A stretch of DNA of 64,000 nucleotides from the NCBI GenBank assembly GCA_021414205.1, contig JAIOOW010000003.1:64048-128047 (forward strand), given 5' to 3'. Shown here one piece after another: positions 34,528 through 42,793 of this stretch (position 1 is the first letter of the stretch; each line of letters begins with the position of its first letter). Made by a program: the position numbers and the translations under genes. The notes under the pieces are model-generated. The model ran no database searches, had not been told where the DNA came from, and saw only the letters and a program-made list of their open reading frames with translations. Origin of the DNA: Candidatus Anderseniibacteriota bacterium (lineage in GTDB: Bacteria > Patescibacteriota > Andersenbacteria > UBA10190).

Positions 34528-34977
34528 TTAGTTATGAATTTTAATTGATGTTTCGAACGGAATCTCGGTTAGGGTTTTATATTTTTCCATGTCATGGCTT
34601 TTTAGCTTGATACGAAAGACGTAGTCACTACTTACTTTGTTAACTGCTAAGCCATTAATCTTAAATCGTGCACGCAACCTTTTCATTCCCTTGGGCATTT
34701 TTACTTCTTGCTTAAAACTATTCAGTACCTGCCCTTTTGAGTCGCAAAATTCTATTATATTATCACCGGATGTATTTTTTAGAGGATCCGTGTTCTCGAA
34801 AAAGCTTACAATCTCAAAGTTAATAGGAATATTGATTCTTTCTGGTTCGGGTAATTGGGGATTCTCTATTTTTATTTCTATATCAATTCGTTCAAGAATA
34901 TCAAATAGGGTGATGTTGTTAGTATCGCTATCTATTACTGACTTCTGACAAAGAACTGACCAAATGTGTTTAATCAT
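34528..34977 (-). CDS. hypothetical protein (beta-rich, no recognisable domain)
   Basis: 149-aa ORF starting 2 nt after the antitoxin stop. Confidence 0.5.
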   Translation of the reverse strand: MIKHIWSVLCQKSVIDSDTNNITLFDILERIDIEIKIENPQLPEPERINIPINFEIVSFFENTDPLKNTSGDNIIEFCDSKGQVLNSFKQEVKMPKGMKRLRARFKINGLAVNKVSSDYVFRIKLKSHDMEKYKTLTEIPFETSIKIHN

Positions 34978-34979
34978 AT

Positions 34980-35408
34980 TTACAAAGAAGCTATTTTAAA
35001 TGATTGAGTATTTTCTGCTCTTTTTTTAAAAAACAATCTAAGAGAGGTATTAGGAATGTTTCTTTCCGTTTCTGCAACTATTGCTATTGCCTCATTAATT
35101 ACTGAGGAGCCACGAGAGCTAATGCTTAATGTTCTTCTTTCTGTTTCAAGAAAGGAGAAGCGAGGAGGAATTAGGGTTGTGCTTAGCGCTAACGCTATTC
35201 TCTCTAGAAATCTTAGGGTTGGTAAAGAAGCTCCGTTTTCAATTCGTGCAATGCTGGGTTGTTTAGTTCCCGTTCTCTTTGCTAGTTCTGTCTGAGTGAG
35301 TCCTTTTGCAATGCGAGCTTCGATTATGAGTCGAGCAATATCTTCAGAAAGATCGATATTTGAGGGGGTATTTCCTAATAATTGTTTTTTTAGTAATGAT
35401 AGTTTCAT
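34980..35408 (-). CDS. higA: XRE-family HTH transcriptional regulator, HigA-like antitoxin
   Basis: IIEARIAKGLTQTELAKRTGTKQPSIARIENG (HTH_3). Immediately downstream of the Gp49-like toxin gene. Confidence 0.7.
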   Translation of the reverse strand: MKLSLLKKQLLGNTPSNIDLSEDIARLIIEARIAKGLTQTELAKRTGTKQPSIARIENGASLPTLRFLERIALALSTTLIPPRFSFLETERRTLSISSRGSSVINEAIAIVAETERNIPNTSLRLFFKKRAENTQSFKIASL

Positions 35409-35413
35409 ATAAA

Positions 35414-35761
35414 TTATTTAAAGTATATTGTTTTATATCGTTTTTCCGCTTTTTTGAGTTCTTTTGGTGGAATTCCTCGAGTTTTTTTCATAAAGCCGTG
35501 GAGTATGTGATAAGTATTGACGGCGTCCTTGGTGAAGAAGAATCGGTAGGAACATTTATTTTTAATATATCTAATGTAGAAAAGTGCTTTATGGGGTTTA
35601 ATCTTTTCCACCACTCTGGACTGCAAGTGTTGCGCCAGGCCCCTACTGTCGATTTGTTCAAAGAGCCAGAAGAATCGCTCTTGCGCCTCTCTTGGTTGCT
35701 TCTCAAGGAAAAGTCGTACGTCGCTTTTCCCAGAAGCGTGTTTCCAGAAACGTATATCCAT
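35414..35761 (-). CDS. higB: phage Gp49-like / HigB-like type II toxin (RelE/ParE superfamily)
   Basis: MDIRFWKHASGKSDVRLFL...YRFFFTKDAVNTYHILHGFMKKTRGIPPKELKKAEKR is the characteristic Gp49/DUF891 pattern. The toxin-first gene order is typical of HigBA. Confidence 0.75.
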   Translation of the reverse strand: MDIRFWKHASGKSDVRLFLEKQPREAQERFFWLFEQIDSRGLAQHLQSRVVEKIKPHKALFYIRYIKNKCSYRFFFTKDAVNTYHILHGFMKKTRGIPPKELKKAEKRYKTIYFK

Positions 35762-35780
35762 TCCCTTGTCTTCATGAGTA

Positions 35781-35806
35781 AATATATAACATATATGTTA
35801 TATATT
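35781..35806. promoter_or_regulatory. 26-bp perfect palindrome (candidate operator/promoter of the toxin-antitoxin operon)
   Basis: AATATATAACATATATGTTATATATT, 20 nt upstream of the higB start. Contains TATA-like -10 candidates. Confidence 0.45.
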
Positions 35807-35863
35807 AACAGCTGTTTTTGGTATGTCAACAGGATTATTCTTCCATCTCAATCAGATTGTTAC

Positions 35864-37108
35864 TTATTCAAACCTCAACGCCTCGATCGGATCTTTTGCA
35901 GCAGCTTTACGTGCGGGATACAGGCCGAAAATGAGCCCGATGGCTGTAGATACCCCAACACCCAGTACGATCGCTCCTAGGGGCAATGTAAACGGCCAGG
36001 CGAGGGCAAAATATGTTTGCGCCACAAAGCTGACTAATGCGGAAATCGTAATTGCGATCAGTGTGCCTAATAATCCCCCGGCGAACGTGAGGATAATAGC
36101 TTCAATCATGAATTGCATGAGAATATTTTTATTTGTTGCACCCAGCGCTTTGCGCAGCCCGATTTCTTGGGTGCGTTCCGTTACTGAAACGAGCATAATA
36201 TTCATAATTCCAATTCCGCCGACCATAAGAGAGATGGATGCGATGGCTACGAGAAATATTGTCAGTACTTGGGTAACCGTACTCACAGTGGCAACAATTG
36301 TTTTTTGCGTAACAACGAAAAAGTCGTCCTTGGTTGGATCGGTAATATTGTGTGATTCTCTTAGTGTTGCAGTAATGTCTGCCGCCACCTGGTCTACGTT
36401 TGCTTCTGGTTTTGCGCGCAAGAAAATTTCGTGGAAATAATCTATTCCAAGCAGTGTTTTTTGCGCAGTACTGTATGGAATCAGTCCGATATCATCCACA
36501 TTGAACGCAGTTACTTGTCCTTTTGCGGGCAATATTCCTACTACTTGCAGCTTTTGTCCGTGAACAGTCACGAATTGCCCGAGCGCATCAGAATCTCCGA
36601 ACAATTCTTGTTTTACTTTGCTGCCGATGACGATTACTTTTGCGTAGCTCTTCACATCGTCTTGCGTGAAAAATGATCCTTGCTCCGGATATACATTAAA
36701 TACCTCGCCCAACGCATTCGGAGTCCAGCCTAGCACGGTTGCGTGGTACACGGAGTTTTGATATCCGATAGCCCCGGGGACCAGCACGGCTGGGTCGGCT
36801 GCCTGCAAATCAGGAACGTTGATTGGTTTTAACAGTGCATCGATATCTTTTTGTTTAAGAGAATCAGTAAGTAGTGTTTCTGCTGCATCGCTTGGCTGGG
36901 TCGGCTGCCTGCCTGGGCGTAAAATAATGGTATTCGATCCGATGCTTTGTACTTGGCTTAAAATTAAATTCTGCGCGCCCTGGCCGAGCGATATCACTAG
37001 CACAATTGCCATAACGCCGATCACAATACCGAGAATGGTAAGGAGTGACCGTGCCCAGTTTGCTCGCAGGGCTCGAACGGATGTCTTAATTGTTGAAGGG
37101 AGATTCAT
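35864..37108 (-). CDS. ABC transporter permease, MacB/FtsX family
   Basis: N-terminal TM, large periplasmic MacB_PCD-like domain, C-terminal FtsX four-TM bundle. 414 aa. Confidence 0.85.
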   Translation of the reverse strand: MNLPSTIKTSVRALRANWARSLLTILGIVIGVMAIVLVISLGQGAQNLILSQVQSIGSNTIILRPGRQPTQPSDAAETLLTDSLKQKDIDALLKPINVPDLQAADPAVLVPGAIGYQNSVYHATVLGWTPNALGEVFNVYPEQGSFFTQDDVKSYAKVIVIGSKVKQELFGDSDALGQFVTVHGQKLQVVGILPAKGQVTAFNVDDIGLIPYSTAQKTLLGIDYFHEIFLRAKPEANVDQVAADITATLRESHNITDPTKDDFFVVTQKTIVATVSTVTQVLTIFLVAIASISLMVGGIGIMNIMLVSVTERTQEIGLRKALGATNKNILMQFMIEAIILTFAGGLLGTLIAITISALVSFVAQTYFALAWPFTLPLGAIVLGVGVSTAIGLIFGLYPARKAAAKDPIEALRFE

Positions 37109-37812
37109 TTTGCGTAGTGGGTGTGAGGAGCCGTTACGTTTTTATCGCTGGAAATAAGTCCGTCTGTGATCGTAATAATGCGATTCGCATAATCAGCAGC
37201 GGCAGTTTCGTGCGTAATGACGATAATCGTCTTTCCTTGATGATGAAGCTTCTCAATAGTATTCATTACCGTAGCCCCCGTTTTTGAATCGAGATTCCCA
37301 GTTGGCTCGTCTGCAAAAATAACTTTTGGATCGTTAACCAGTGCGCGGGCGATTGCAACGCGCTGACGCTCCCCTCCAGATAGTTGGCTGGGGAGATGGT
37401 CGAGTCGATGCGATAGCTCTACATGCTCAAGTGCGATCTTTGCTTTTTGCGCATATTCTTTTTTAGGTACATCAGAGTAATACAGCGGCAGCATGACGTT
37501 TTCTAATACCGTAGTTCGTTTCAATAAATGGAATGCTTGGAATACGAAGCCGATATATTTATTTCGAATTCGAGCGCGGGCAGGGTCATCGAGCATGGAT
37601 GTATCCTGGGAATTAAAAAGATACGAACCGGTTGTTTGCCTGTCTAATAAGCCTAGAATATGAAGAAGAGTAGATTTGCCAGAACCGGAAGGTCCCATAA
37701 TAGACACGAATTCTCCTTCTTGAATGGAAAATGAAATTCCGTGAAGTACGGGCGTGAGCGTTCCTTCGCTTTCGTAACTCTTCGTAATATTCTCGAGCTG
37801 AATAAGCGCCAT
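37105..37812 (-). CDS. ABC transporter ATP-binding protein (MacB/LolD-type)
   Basis: Walker A GPSGSGKST, signature LSGGERQRVAIARAL, Walker B IFADEPTGNLD. Confidence 0.9.
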   Translation of the reverse strand: MALIQLENITKSYESEGTLTPVLHGISFSIQEGEFVSIMGPSGSGKSTLLHILGLLDRQTTGSYLFNSQDTSMLDDPARARIRNKYIGFVFQAFHLLKRTTVLENVMLPLYYSDVPKKEYAQKAKIALEHVELSHRLDHLPSQLSGGERQRVAIARALVNDPKVIFADEPTGNLDSKTGATVMNTIEKLHHQGKTIIVITHETAAADYANRIITITDGLISSDKNVTAPHTHYAK

Positions 37813-37815
37813 GGC

Positions 37816-39087
37816 TTACGGGGTTACAAGTACGTCCCCTTCGTGTACGCCGGAAGTGATTTCTTCTAATCCATCGCTCCCAAGCAATCCTGTTGCGACC
37901 TCAACCTCGCTCGTTTGCTTTGGTCCTGTTTGCTTGGTGACATATGTTTTTCCGGACTTTGTAATAATGGCCCGTCGCGGTACGGCGATAACATGATCCT
38001 TTTTGTCTACGTGAACAATGACGTTTGCTGTAATTCCGGATCGAAGCGCCGAGTTCTGAGAAGTAAGTGCGACGATAATATGAAACGTAGGCACTCCTTG
38101 GATTTGTTTCGCTGCAGGATAGATTTGCGACACGATGGCGCCCAACGCTTCCTGAGAAGCTAATGCATCGAAGCTTACGGATGCAGGAAGATTTTGTGAA
38201 ATGGTAAGGGCATCTGTTTCCGGAACATCCGCACTGATTTGCAGGTCGTTTGTTTGCGCGACTGTTACAACTGCGCTCCCTGCTGCCGCAAATTCTCCAA
38301 TGTCGAAATTCTTCTGAGTCACAACTCCGCTAAATGGTGCTCTGAGTATGCTTTTTGCTGCGTTGATTTGAGAAATTTTTGTAAGGGCATCTAATGATGA
38401 TAATCCGGCTGTATCTTGAGACGCTTGTTGCGTACTGATGTACTGCGCATAGGCAGAGGCTACCGCATGCTTTGCGGTATCGTTGGACGTCTTCACGCTT
38501 GCTTGTGCACTGGCAAGAGCTTTTTGTGCAGCATTATATGCCGTTTGGTTAGCCACTACTCCTGTCTGTACTGCAAGAGTGGCGTAGTCTTGGCTTTGAG
38601 TCTCGGATTGCTTTTGAGCATACACATTGCTTGATTGCTGAAGAGCAGCATTCGCGTCTCTGACTGCCTGCTTTTTTGCATCAAGCGATTTCGCATTTTC
38701 TGCATTCGTATCTTGTTGCGTTTGCAAGGCGTTTTGCCAGGCCGTATATGCAACAGAAGCTGCGCTCGCCTTGTCTGCCTGAGCTTTTGCAATTTGAAGC
38801 GATGCGCTTTCAGGATCAAGGCTTGCAATAATCTGGCCCTTTTGAACGGTATCTCCTACCTTCACGAAGATATTTTTAATACTCCCAGATACTTCGAATG
38901 CCATATTTGCCGACTGAACGGATTCGGTATTCCCGGTAAATGAAATATCCTTTACCACTGTTTGGTAGGATGCCGTGATTGTTTTTACCGGTTTAGCCCC
39001 CACTCCTGCCTGAATACGCCATCCGATAAATCCAATAATAATCAGAAGAATCGCCGTCGGAATACCTATTTTTACCCATGTTTTCAT
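37816..39087 (-). CDS. efflux transporter periplasmic adaptor (HlyD/MacA family)
   Basis: N-terminal TM, long coiled-coil (A/Q-rich) hairpin, C-terminal beta-barrel. Confidence 0.8.
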   Translation of the reverse strand: MKTWVKIGIPTAILLIIIGFIGWRIQAGVGAKPVKTITASYQTVVKDISFTGNTESVQSANMAFEVSGSIKNIFVKVGDTVQKGQIIASLDPESASLQIAKAQADKASAASVAYTAWQNALQTQQDTNAENAKSLDAKKQAVRDANAALQQSSNVYAQKQSETQSQDYATLAVQTGVVANQTAYNAAQKALASAQASVKTSNDTAKHAVASAYAQYISTQQASQDTAGLSSLDALTKISQINAAKSILRAPFSGVVTQKNFDIGEFAAAGSAVVTVAQTNDLQISADVPETDALTISQNLPASVSFDALASQEALGAIVSQIYPAAKQIQGVPTFHIIVALTSQNSALRSGITANVIVHVDKKDHVIAVPRRAIITKSGKTYVTKQTGPKQTSEVEVATGLLGSDGLEEITSGVHEGDVLVTP

Positions 39088-39143
39088 CTGTTAAATTGTA
39101 ACACCAATTCGCTTTTTTGGCTTAAATATGCATAAATAGGCGT

Positions 39144-40091
39144 ATGGTACAGGCGCATATAATCAAAGAACAGCAAGCTGGGCAACGCCTGGATGTTTTT
39201 TGCACGGGCATTTTGACGGGAATGTCTCGCTCCGCAATCCAGCGCCTTATTAAAGAACAGCAGATTTTGATTAATGGTCTGGAAACAAGGGCGAAGGTTA
39301 TTTTGAAAGCTGGGGATAAAGTTGAATTCAGCCTCCCAGAGGCCCAGGAGCCTGTAGAAGAGGAGAGGAAAGACATTCGCCTGCATGTTCTCTACGAAGA
39401 TCGAGATGTTGTTGTAGTAGATAAGCCAGCCGGTATTGCGGTGCATCATGGAGTTGGCCTTACAGCTGGTACAGTGGCGGATTGGTTTGCTGAGCATTAT
39501 CCAGAAGCGAAAAACGTTGGCGAGAAAGAAGGTAGGGCGGGTATAATTCATCGATTAGATAAAGATACGAGCGGAGTGTTGATTTTGGCGAAAAATGATC
39601 AGGCATTGGAAAAACTCAAGAAGCAATTTTACGAGAGGAAAGCAAAAAAAGAATATATTGCGCTCGTATTTGAGGTTCCTGGAGGCAAAGAAGGTCGTAT
39701 TACCAAATCAATAGGCCGAAGTAGGAGGAATCCTATGCGCCGAGCAGTAGACGAAAACGGCAAAGAGTCCGCAACGGAATGGAAAATCGAACGTCGGTTC
39801 GGAGAAAAATTTGCATTGCTCAGAGTATTTCCGTTTACTGGCAGAACGCATCAGATCAGGGTTCATTTGCATCACCTTGGATATCCTATTGTTGGAGACC
39901 ATCTGTATACATTTAAAAGGCAAAAACCGCCCATTGGTGTAAAGCGACAACTATTGCATGCTGAAAAATTAACTATTATGTTGCCAAACGAGAAGATAAA
40001 GACATTTGTTGCGCCTCTTGCTGATGACTTTGCCCAAGTAGTGAATATGCTATCTGAAATGAAATGGCCGAAGAAAGTAATAAAACAATAA
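39144..40091 (+). CDS. rluD: RluA-family 23S rRNA pseudouridine synthase (RluD-like, S4 domain)
   Basis: HRLDKDTSGVLILAKN catalytic motif with an N-terminal S4-like domain. Confidence 0.85.
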   Translation: MVQAHIIKEQQAGQRLDVFCTGILTGMSRSAIQRLIKEQQILINGLETRAKVILKAGDKVEFSLPEAQEPVEEERKDIRLHVLYEDRDVVVVDKPAGIAVHHGVGLTAGTVADWFAEHYPEAKNVGEKEGRAGIIHRLDKDTSGVLILAKNDQALEKLKKQFYERKAKKEYIALVFEVPGGKEGRITKSIGRSRRNPMRRAVDENGKESATEWKIERRFGEKFALLRVFPFTGRTHQIRVHLHHLGYPIVGDHLYTFKRQKPPIGVKRQLLHAEKLTIMLPNEKIKTFVAPLADDFAQVVNMLSEMKWPKKVIKQ

Positions 40092-40309
40092 ATTTAGAAG
40101 GATTCAGTCGTATTGAGCGGGACGATCGCCTTTTGGATGTGTTCCCAAAAGAATCGATTGAAAAAGGCATTGAGCTATGGGAAAAATGGACCGATACGGA
40201 AGTGGAAATAATTCGTATTCATGATACTCAAAACATCACGAAGTACGTATTTTTGCGCGAGCGCATAGAGAACGCCTTACGAGGAAATATCATATTGTCT
40301 CTAGAGTAG
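40064..40309 (+). CDS. hypothetical small protein (81 aa)
   Basis: ORF only. Overlaps the rluD 3' end by 28 nt and ends 1 nt before tRNA-Leu. May not be real. Confidence 0.25.
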   Translation: MAEESNKTINLEGFSRIERDDRLLDVFPKESIEKGIELWEKWTDTEVEIIRIHDTQNITKYVFLRERIENALRGNIILSLE

Positions 40310-40392
40310 TGCCCGAGGCGGGACTCGAACCCGCAAGCCATTGCTGGCAAAGGATTTTAAGTCCTTCGCGTATACCATTCCGCCACCCGGGC
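40310..40392 (-). tRNA. tRNA-Leu (anticodon UAA), class II
   Basis: Reverse complement GCCCGGGTGGCGGAATGGTATACGCGAAGGACTTAAAATCCTT + long variable arm + GGTTCGAGTCCCGCCTCGGGCA. Confidence 0.8.
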
Positions 40393-40409
40393 ATATATTC
40401 AATTGTACG

Positions 40410-40481
40410 AGGCCATGACCGGAATCGAACCGGTGTATAAGGGTTTTGCAGACCCATGCCTTACCACTTGGCGACATGGCC
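40410..40481 (-). tRNA. tRNA-Cys (anticodon GCA)
   Basis: Reverse complement GGCCATGTCGCCAAGTGGTAAGGCATGGGTCTGCAAAACCC...GGTTCGATTCCGGTCATGGCCT. Confidence 0.8.
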
Positions 40482-40532
40482 GTATACATGTTCTACCAAA
40501 CAAATACCCGCTTGTATAGCGGGTATTGGGGG

Positions 40533-41000
40533 TTATTCTGCCGTTTCTTCTGGTACTGCTTCAGCTTTTGCTGCTTTTGCAGACTCTTCTTCTGCTTTAT
40601 CGGATGCTTCTTTTGCTAATCGCTTTTTATCAGATTCTTCTTTTACGTGGCGTTGCATTGCAAGTTCGTCCTCCTTTACGCGGCGTCGACCTTCTTGGCG
40701 AAGGTAGTTTAATTGCGCTCGGCGAACCTTCTGGCGCTTTACGATTTCGATATTGGTAATAAGCGGGCTGTACAGTGGGAATACGCGTTCAACGGCGAAT
40801 TTACCTGTTTCTCGGCGAACGGTAAATGACGTAGACGGGCCGCTCCCTTTGATTCCAAGAACAGTTCCTTCAAATGCCTGAATTCGAGTCTTGTCTCCTT
40901 CAACCACCTTTGTGCCAATGCGAACAATGTCGCCAGCGCGTAGAATGGGGCGATCAACACCCTCGATTTGCTTCAATTCAAATAAACGTAATGCATCCAT
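40533..41000 (-). CDS. rplS: 50S ribosomal protein L19 (with about 40-aa K/E/A-rich C-terminal extension)
   Basis: RAGDIVRIGTKVVEGDKTRIQAFEGTVLGIKGSG...FAVERVFPLYSPLI. Confidence 0.9.
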   Translation of the reverse strand: MDALRLFELKQIEGVDRPILRAGDIVRIGTKVVEGDKTRIQAFEGTVLGIKGSGPSTSFTVRRETGKFAVERVFPLYSPLITNIEIVKRQKVRRAQLNYLRQEGRRRVKEDELAMQRHVKEESDKKRLAKEASDKAEEESAKAAKAEAVPEETAE

Positions 41001-41047
41001 AGATAGGGGGTATTATTACGGATCCCCTAATAAAAGTCAATTATTCT

Positions 41048-41527
41048 TCAAAGGGATTCGATTTTTGCGTATACTTGCCGCACCCCGAATGCCTGTGCTT
41101 GTTCAAGGGTGGGCATCCAAATATCCAGTATCATCACATGGTCATATCTGTTGTTCATCCTGTCCTCTACGGTGTATAGGTCAGATCCAATGCGAATTTT
41201 TGTACCTATTGGCAAGATGTTTGTTGCGATAATCCCTTGATGGGCCGTTGTTCCGCTGGCAGTAATAAAGGGTGATGCGTCCGTGAGGTTTGCGTCTGAA
41301 GTGTAGGCAGTAGCCCATATATGTAATGTCAGGCCATTACGGAGAGGAGTGATTTCTTGAAGGTCTGACGCATTGGAAATAACTCGTTCAAATATGAGGT
41401 CCTGGGTTGAAAGCTGAGAGCTAAATGCTAATGCAGGGCCAGGGTATGCCAGCTCAGTTACGAGTACGAGGACGGGGATGAATTGCAATACTTGAACAAC
41501 AATAGTGTTTATGTTTGTGTGTTTCAT
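41048..41527 (-). CDS. secreted 3D-domain (MltA-like) protein
   Basis: Signal peptide followed by a C-terminal HVMILDIWMPTLEQAQAFG 3D-domain-like motif. Confidence 0.55.
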   Translation of the reverse strand: MKHTNINTIVVQVLQFIPVLVLVTELAYPGPALAFSSQLSTQDLIFERVISNASDLQEITPLRNGLTLHIWATAYTSDANLTDASPFITASGTTAHQGIIATNILPIGTKIRIGSDLYTVEDRMNNRYDHVMILDIWMPTLEQAQAFGVRQVYAKIESL

Positions 41528-41569
41528 TTATTATGTTCATAATAGCATAAAAATATGTTTCAGTCAAAA

Positions 41570-41600
41570 TAAAACACCCCGCTTAACGCGGGGTGTTTTA
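41570..41600. terminator. rho-independent terminator (bidirectional; serves the RlpA-like gene on the minus strand)
   Basis: aaaACACCCCGCttaacGCGGGGTGTtttat: 9-bp GC-rich stem with flanking A and T runs. Confidence 0.7.
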
Positions 41601-41616
41601 TGCATTTATGTTGTTG

Positions 41617-42234
41617 TTATAATACTTCGATTCGAACTTTTCCAAGACCGCCGTTCATTCCAATTGCAGTCTTTGTTCCGATCGTAAGGTCTGCTACTCG
41701 GTTACCGTACTTGTCTTGGTAGAATCCGCCAGTGTCCGTAATTCGAACCACAACAGATTTTCCATTTGCAAGGTTGGTAACTCGTGCTTGGTACCCAACG
41801 AGATTGCTCTTATCGGCACCGATCGCCATTGTTAAAGCGTTGTCATCTAGCTGCTCTCCATTTGCCATTACGAATAATGGGTTACATCCAAGGCACCCTG
41901 CTTTACTGTAGTAGCTTGCCATACCCTCCATTACAAGGTTTGATCCAGATTTGAATTGTGGTTTTGCCACAGGCTTTACCGTCTTTACTTCCCAAGTTCC
42001 GGCATCGGTAACGGGAGATCCGGAAGACATAACTGTTCCAGACATGTACCCGTATGATAATTCTGGAGTTTTATCTGGGATAGAAATAACGGGGGTGATT
42101 TCGGCAGGAAGACTGAATGCAAGCGCATTGTGAGTCGTGAACGTAGCAATGATCGCAATTGCGATAGTCTTTATTGCTGTATTAAGAGTGGTGTTTGTAA
42201 GGTTTTTGTGTCTCAATGTTGCGAATGAACGCAT
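41617..42234 (-). CDS. RlpA-like double-psi beta-barrel (DPBB) lytic transglycosylase family protein
   Basis: Signal peptide, then MASYYSKAGCLGCNPLFVMANGEQLDDNALTMAIG...VVVRITDTGGF (RlpA/DPBB_1 pattern). Confidence 0.65.
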   Translation of the reverse strand: MRSFATLRHKNLTNTTLNTAIKTIAIAIIATFTTHNALAFSLPAEITPVISIPDKTPELSYGYMSGTVMSSGSPVTDAGTWEVKTVKPVAKPQFKSGSNLVMEGMASYYSKAGCLGCNPLFVMANGEQLDDNALTMAIGADKSNLVGYQARVTNLANGKSVVVRITDTGGFYQDKYGNRVADLTIGTKTAIGMNGGLGKVRIEVL

Positions 42235-42293
42235 AGAAGAGACTTATGGGTAAACCTCACGCTTTTCGTGGGATTGGCCGAAATCAGGCCAAC

Positions 42294-42324
42294 AAAAAAG
42301 CCTAATAGAATGAATCTATTAGGC
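42294..42324 (-). terminator. rho-independent terminator of the four-tRNA operon
   Basis: On the minus strand, a GCCTAATAGA-ttcat-TCTATTAGGC hairpin followed by TTTTTT (plus strand has aaaaaaGCCTAATAGAatgaaTCTATTAGGC). Confidence 0.6.
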
Positions 42325-42410
42325 CAACGGAGCACTATAGCACAACCACGAAAAATGTCAAGCAATATATGCTCGATTTCGTCAAATATAGGTAATTTAT
42401 GGCTTTATTG

Positions 42411-42482
42411 AGCGGGTAACGGGAGTCGAACCCGTGTCTCCTGATTGGCAACCAGGTGTAATAGCCACTATACGATACCCGC
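42411..42482 (-). tRNA. tRNA-Gly (anticodon GCC)
   Basis: Reverse complement GCGGGTATCGTATAGTGGCTATTACACCTGGTTGCCAATCAGGAGACACGGGTTCGACTCCCGTTACCCGCT. Confidence 0.8.
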
Positions 42483-42494
42483 GTATCTACTATG

Positions 42495-42566
42495 TGCCGC
42501 GGGACAGAATCGAACTGTCGACGCCAGCCTCTTCAGGGCTGCGCTCTACCACTGAGCTACCGCGGC
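42495..42566 (-). tRNA. tRNA-Phe (anticodon GAA)
   Basis: Reverse complement GCCGCGGTAGCTCAGTGGTAGAGCGCAGCCCTGAAGAGGCTGGCGTCGACAGTTCGATTCTGTCCCGCGGCA. Confidence 0.8.
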
Positions 42567-42581
42567 ATGTATACAATTGTG

Positions 42582-42653
42582 TGGGCGATGAGGGATTCGA
42601 ACCCCCGACCTTTTCGGTGTAAACGAATTGCTCTACCACTGAGCTAATCGCCC
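42582..42653 (-). tRNA. tRNA-Val (anticodon UAC)
   Basis: Reverse complement GGGCGATTAGCTCAGTGGTAGAGCAATTCGTTTACACCGAAAAGGTCGGGGGTTCGAATCCCTCATCGCCCA. Confidence 0.8.
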
Positions 42654-42669
42654 TTGTATAAGTATACAG

Positions 42670-42753
42670 TGCTCAGAACAGGACTTGAACCTGCACGGGA
42701 TTGCTCCCATAGCCACCTCAAGGCTACGCGTATACCAATTCCGCCATCTGAGC
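42670..42753 (-). tRNA. tRNA-Leu (anticodon GAG), class II
   Basis: Reverse complement GCTCAGATGGCGGAATTGGTATACGCGTAGCCTTGAGGTGGCTA + long variable arm + GGTTCAAGTCCTGTTCTGAGCA. Confidence 0.8.
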
Positions 42754-42793
42754 GTATAGCTAGAATAGGGGTTTTTTGCGTTGTAGGCAAGTA

